64,000 nt of DNA from Candidatus Delongbacteria bacterium (GTDB lineage: Bacteria; CAIWAD01): positions 192,001-256,000 of the forward strand of contig OY760505.1 in assembly GCA_963663545.1 (NCBI GenBank), read 5' to 3'. The position numbers and the translations under genes are program-made. Shown here piece by piece: positions 60,615-64,000 of this stretch. The notes beneath the pieces were generated by a model, which was not told where the DNA came from, did not search any database, and saw nothing but the letters and a program-made list of their open reading frames with translations. Position 1 is the first letter of the stretch. Each line of letters begins with the position of its first letter.

Positions 60615-61937
60615 TCAGAGACCGCCGACAACACCCAACAGCTGGTTCACGTCATAGGGCTCGATGTTGAGGTTCCAGCCCTCGTTCATCTGCTCGACGA
60701 TGAAGGCCGTGATGCAGCCGTAACCAAGACTGGTGGGATGTACGCCATCCAGACTGAAGACGCCACCGGTAACAAACTCGGTCGTCAGGTTATGCGTGCC
60801 CACGGTGTAGCCGTCCGTCAGGATCTCATCGAAGAAAGTGGCCACATCCGCCAGAAGGATCGGTGCCAGGCCAAGTTCTACGCGCGCAAGATTGGCGTCA
60901 TCCACCGCAGCAGCCAGCGCCGCGTTGAAAGTTGCCTGGGCGCTTTCGGCAGCGGCCAACTCAGCGCTATCCAGTAACAGATATTCTGGCAGAGGATTCG
61001 CAGGATGAAGACCGAATGTACCCGTTGTGTCCGCACTCAACAAGGACTGGGCGGGAAGCAGGATGTAGTTGTCCGCGCCCTCGGCAATGGAGTATTGCGT
61101 GGGTATCATGGCGTCATCGTAAGCATAGACGAAAGGCTCTGTAATGCCCGCCGCAAGCTCCTTCGCGCGCATGATGGGCGTCACGTAGGTCACAAAGGGA
61201 ATGGCGGTGACAGCGGGGATATTGAGCACGACGACGTGTTCAACGCCCGCGAGACCAGCTGTCATGCTCTGTGCCAGAGCCGAGAACACGCCTTCATTGG
61301 TGATCTCAGCGTTGCCACCGGAGGTCACGAAGCCCAGTACGTCATTGTTGCCCAGCCAGACGGTCATGAAATCAGCACCGGAAGCCAGCGCCATCTCGAA
61401 CTGCGTCATGGTATCGGTCGCGGCAGTCCGGTAGCAGTTGGCGTAGGGGTTGCCAGCTCCGTAGGCCGAAAGCGACGCGCCCATGGCGAACTGCAACGTG
61501 ATGCCCGGAATGCCGAAGTTGCGCGGCGCGGCGAAACTCATGCCCTCTTGCGCACCGGTCAGATAAAGCAGATTGGCCTGATTCAGCGCACTATTGCTTA
61601 GCACAGGACTTCCCTCGGCATCGAAGCTCAGCACCATGTTGCCGCCGGTACCACTGCTGTTGACGCCGGTGTCCAGCATGCTCACCTGATCGAAATCGGT
61701 GATGCCCAGATGGCGCGCCAGCTGCGCGGGAAAGCTGTACTCGATGTGATCGGGGTTGCCCCAAGCGCCGCTCTGGTAGCCGGCGGTCAGGCTGTTGCCC
61801 AGTGATGCGTAATTCTGGAATGCAGCCAGGACACTGCTGCCGTCGTAACTCGGGCTGGACGGAATATCATCCTCGCTGCAGGCGCCAAGCAGCATCAGAC
61901 CGGCTGCCAGCGCGCTCATGGTGATGTATCGTTTCAT
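60615..61937 (-). CDS. SGNH/GDSL hydrolase lipoprotein
   Basis: Lipobox LGAC and SGNH blocks LGNSLTAG, NFGIPG, WLGNND, DGVHP. Confidence 0.88.
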   Translation of the reverse strand: MKRYITMSALAAGLMLLGACSEDDIPSSPSYDGSSVLAAFQNYASLGNSLTAGYQSGAWGNPDHIEYSFPAQLARHLGITDFDQVSMLDTGVNSSGTGGNMVLSFDAEGSPVLSNSALNQANLLYLTGAQEGMSFAAPRNFGIPGITLQFAMGASLSAYGAGNPYANCYRTAATDTMTQFEMALASGADFMTVWLGNNDVLGFVTSGGNAEITNEGVFSALAQSMTAGLAGVEHVVVLNIPAVTAIPFVTYVTPIMRAKELAAGITEPFVYAYDDAMIPTQYSIAEGADNYILLPAQSLLSADTTGTFGLHPANPLPEYLLLDSAELAAAESAQATFNAALAAAVDDANLARVELGLAPILLADVATFFDEILTDGYTVGTHNLTTEFVTGGVFSLDGVHPTSLGYGCITAFIVEQMNEGWNLNIEPYDVNQLLGVVGGL

Positions 61938-61948
61938 GCTTTACTCTC

Positions 61949-63214
61949 CTAGAAGCTCTTGCGCACACTGATGCCGAAAATGGGAATCGAGGCCTCGTAG
62001 GCGGCCGGCAGGTCTTCGAACGTGGACTGGCGATCCTGCTCCGTGATGTAGAGCGCAAATGCGTCCAGCCACAGACCCTCGGTGGCCTGCCAGGAAGCGC
62101 CCACGCTGAAGGAGTTGCGCACGGCGTCGGGCAGGCTGGGCTCGAGCTGCTCTTCGGGAACTGCCGCTGTCTCGTAGTAATAGCCAGCGCGCAGCTGCCA
62201 CTTGTCGGAAAGGTGATACTCAAGGCCTGTGCGGAAGGCGTAGGTGTCGTCGTAATTCTTGGGCAGAACCGTATCCTGCAGGTTGTCCGTGTTCTGCGCA
62301 AAGTCGAAGGCCAGCTCTTCGTAGTCGCTCCACTGCATGTAAACCACGTCGAAGCGCCAGATCAGCGGCTTGTACTTGATCTCGGTGCGGTACTCCAGCC
62401 CCACGATGACCACATCGGGAATGGCCACATCCACCTCTGCGGTAGTTTTGGGCAGCTGGCTGTTCAACACGGCCACGTGAGTGGGCTCGGTGACTTCGGA
62501 ATAATCGAAAGAGACATCGCCCTCGGCGGCCAGCGTGATCCCCGAACGGTAGCTGAGGCCAACGGTCAGCTTCTCGGTGGCATCCATCTGCAGACCCAGC
62601 GTGTAACCCAGTCCGCTGCCGTCGCCCTCGAGCTTCATATCCGCGTAGCTGTTGAAGGGCATCCCAAGGTAAACGTCCTTCGAAAGGTCCATGGTGCCAA
62701 ACATGTAGCTCAGACCCACGGCCAGACGAATGCGCTCGTTCACGCGATAGCCATACACGGGGTTCAGCGTGAAGGTGGTCAGCGTAATCTCTTCGCTGAC
62801 CTCACGGCCAACCCAATTCTCCTCGTACTTGGTGCCCAGACCCGCGTAGGAGAAAAAGCCCAGACCGACGGAGTGTTGCTCGTTCAAGCGCCAGGTCAAA
62901 TAGGCGTTGACCGGAGGAAAGATCTGCTCCTCGGCATCGACAGTCTGATACTCGGGACGGTCGGTGGGACCGGTAAACGTAGCCTTGGGGGCAATGACGC
63001 TGACGCCAAGCTCAAGGTTGACACCTTCCAGATCCGCAATGCCGGCCGGATTGTAAAAGATCGAAGCCGCCGACTGCGCGGCTCCATAGGCGCCCGCCGT
63101 ACCCATGGCGACACCGGACTGTTCGTGCAGTGCGAAAGCGGCCGCATGCGCATGCTGCGGAGCAAGGCTGGCTGCCAGTGCACAGAGCAAAATCGATTGA
63201 ATCCGTCGTTTCAT
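61949..63214 (-). CDS. OmpP1/FadL family outer-membrane transporter
   Basis: AFALHEQS..AMG.AGA, FYNPAG, LRAGYYY, PSLPD and terminal Phe. Confidence 0.9.
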   Translation of the reverse strand: MKRRIQSILLCALAASLAPQHAHAAAFALHEQSGVAMGTAGAYGAAQSAASIFYNPAGIADLEGVNLELGVSVIAPKATFTGPTDRPEYQTVDAEEQIFPPVNAYLTWRLNEQHSVGLGFFSYAGLGTKYEENWVGREVSEEITLTTFTLNPVYGYRVNERIRLAVGLSYMFGTMDLSKDVYLGMPFNSYADMKLEGDGSGLGYTLGLQMDATEKLTVGLSYRSGITLAAEGDVSFDYSEVTEPTHVAVLNSQLPKTTAEVDVAIPDVVIVGLEYRTEIKYKPLIWRFDVVYMQWSDYEELAFDFAQNTDNLQDTVLPKNYDDTYAFRTGLEYHLSDKWQLRAGYYYETAAVPEEQLEPSLPDAVRNSFSVGASWQATEGLWLDAFALYITEQDRQSTFEDLPAAYEASIPIFGISVRKSF

Positions 63215-63297
63215 CCTAGTCCTCGCATTTCGGTCCGTGGGGACCGGACCATGAGACGTTCTATACGTGTGTAACTGTTTCTGGATTGTGCCCGGGG

Positions 63298-63999
63298 CTA
63301 TTCTTCCTGGAAGCGTTGCTGCTGGGCCTGCAGATGCGCGTCGTCCGGCTCCAGCTCCAATGCGCGCGCAATGGTCTGTTGTGCAGCGCTCCGTTTTCCG
63401 CTACGAAACTGCACCTCGGCCAGAGTATCCAGCACATTTGCGTCGTCGGGCGCAAGGCTGACCGCCTTCTCCGCCATTTGCAGGGCCTGCTGCAGATCCC
63501 AGCCCAAATCCGCCGCTGTCCAAGCAAAGCTGTTCAGCAGATCCGCATTCTCGGGATAATCCTTGACGGCACGCTCAAAGAGCACGCGCATTCGCTCATG
63601 CTCCTGCTCCCGCGCAGCCGTCCCAATTAGCATCAGATAAAGCTGCGGTCCAGCCTCAAGCCCCGGATAGCGGAGCAGCACTTCTTCGATACTGGTGGTG
63701 CTACCCTGCAAACGGAATTCCGCCATCGCCAATGCGGTCGCAGCCTCGGCTGCTGCACCGGTCTCATTCAACGGGTCCTGGTCGATAATTTCCGTCAGTA
63801 GCGCATGCGCATCGCGCGCCCGACCCCGCTCATCCAGCTTCTGTGCCACTTGCAGTTTCAGTGGCAGATCGTGGGGCGCCAGAGCCAGTGCTTCCTGCAT
63901 TGCGTCCAGAGTACCGATGCCGTTGCCGTAGTCGGTGAAGCGCTTGACGAATTCATCGCGCGGTAGGTATCCCACCAGTCGATCGATCTCGCTTCCGTC
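63298..63999 (-). CDS. Thioredoxin-like + TPR protein (5'-truncated by window edge)
   Basis: Frame is open to the window end (DGSEIDRLVGYLP, thioredoxin-fold C-terminus). TPR-like LLNSFAW...LDTLAEV. Confidence 0.7.
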   Translation of the reverse strand, partial: DGSEIDRLVGYLPRDEFVKRFTDYGNGIGTLDAMQEALALAPHDLPLKLQVAQKLDERGRARDAHALLTEIIDQDPLNETGAAAEAATALAMAEFRLQGSTTSIEEVLLRYPGLEAGPQLYLMLIGTAAREQEHERMRVLFERAVKDYPENADLLNSFAWTAADLGWDLQQALQMAEKAVSLAPDDANVLDTLAEVQFRSGKRSAAQQTIARALELEPDDAHLQAQQQRFQEE

Positions 64000-64000
64000 G

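Overview
Core-chromosome window (GC estimated by eye at ~58-60%) from a diderm, probably motile FCB-group bacterium outside the classical Bacteroidetes. That assignment is an inference from two PorV-family genes, T9SS-like C-terminal sorting domains, purH-mreBCD-mrdA-rodA synteny, fliL and an MCP. About 44 CDS, mostly on the minus strand. They include housekeeping genes (deoxynucleoside kinase, ddl, folD, purN/purH, mre/mrd, gltX), several peptidases and transporters, and three poorly characterised envelope loci: (i) a TonB receptor/PorV/lipoprotein locus with a secreted tandem OB-fold protein; (ii) fliL followed by a secreted protein, a FecR protein and a beta-barrel, with sigma-28-like promoters; (iii) PorV, an M6-like pseudo-peptidase and a peptidase-propeller-barrel protein. 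I saw no rRNA, tRNA, CRISPR array or mobile element. The strongest unexplained signal is a dispersed motif, GTATCAC/GTGATAC (consensus YGTATCACR). I counted ~88 copies by eye against ~6 expected, on both strands, embedded in every permissible reading frame and very unevenly distributed among genes. It behaves like a DNA-uptake-sequence or HIP1-type genomic signature but matches none I know.
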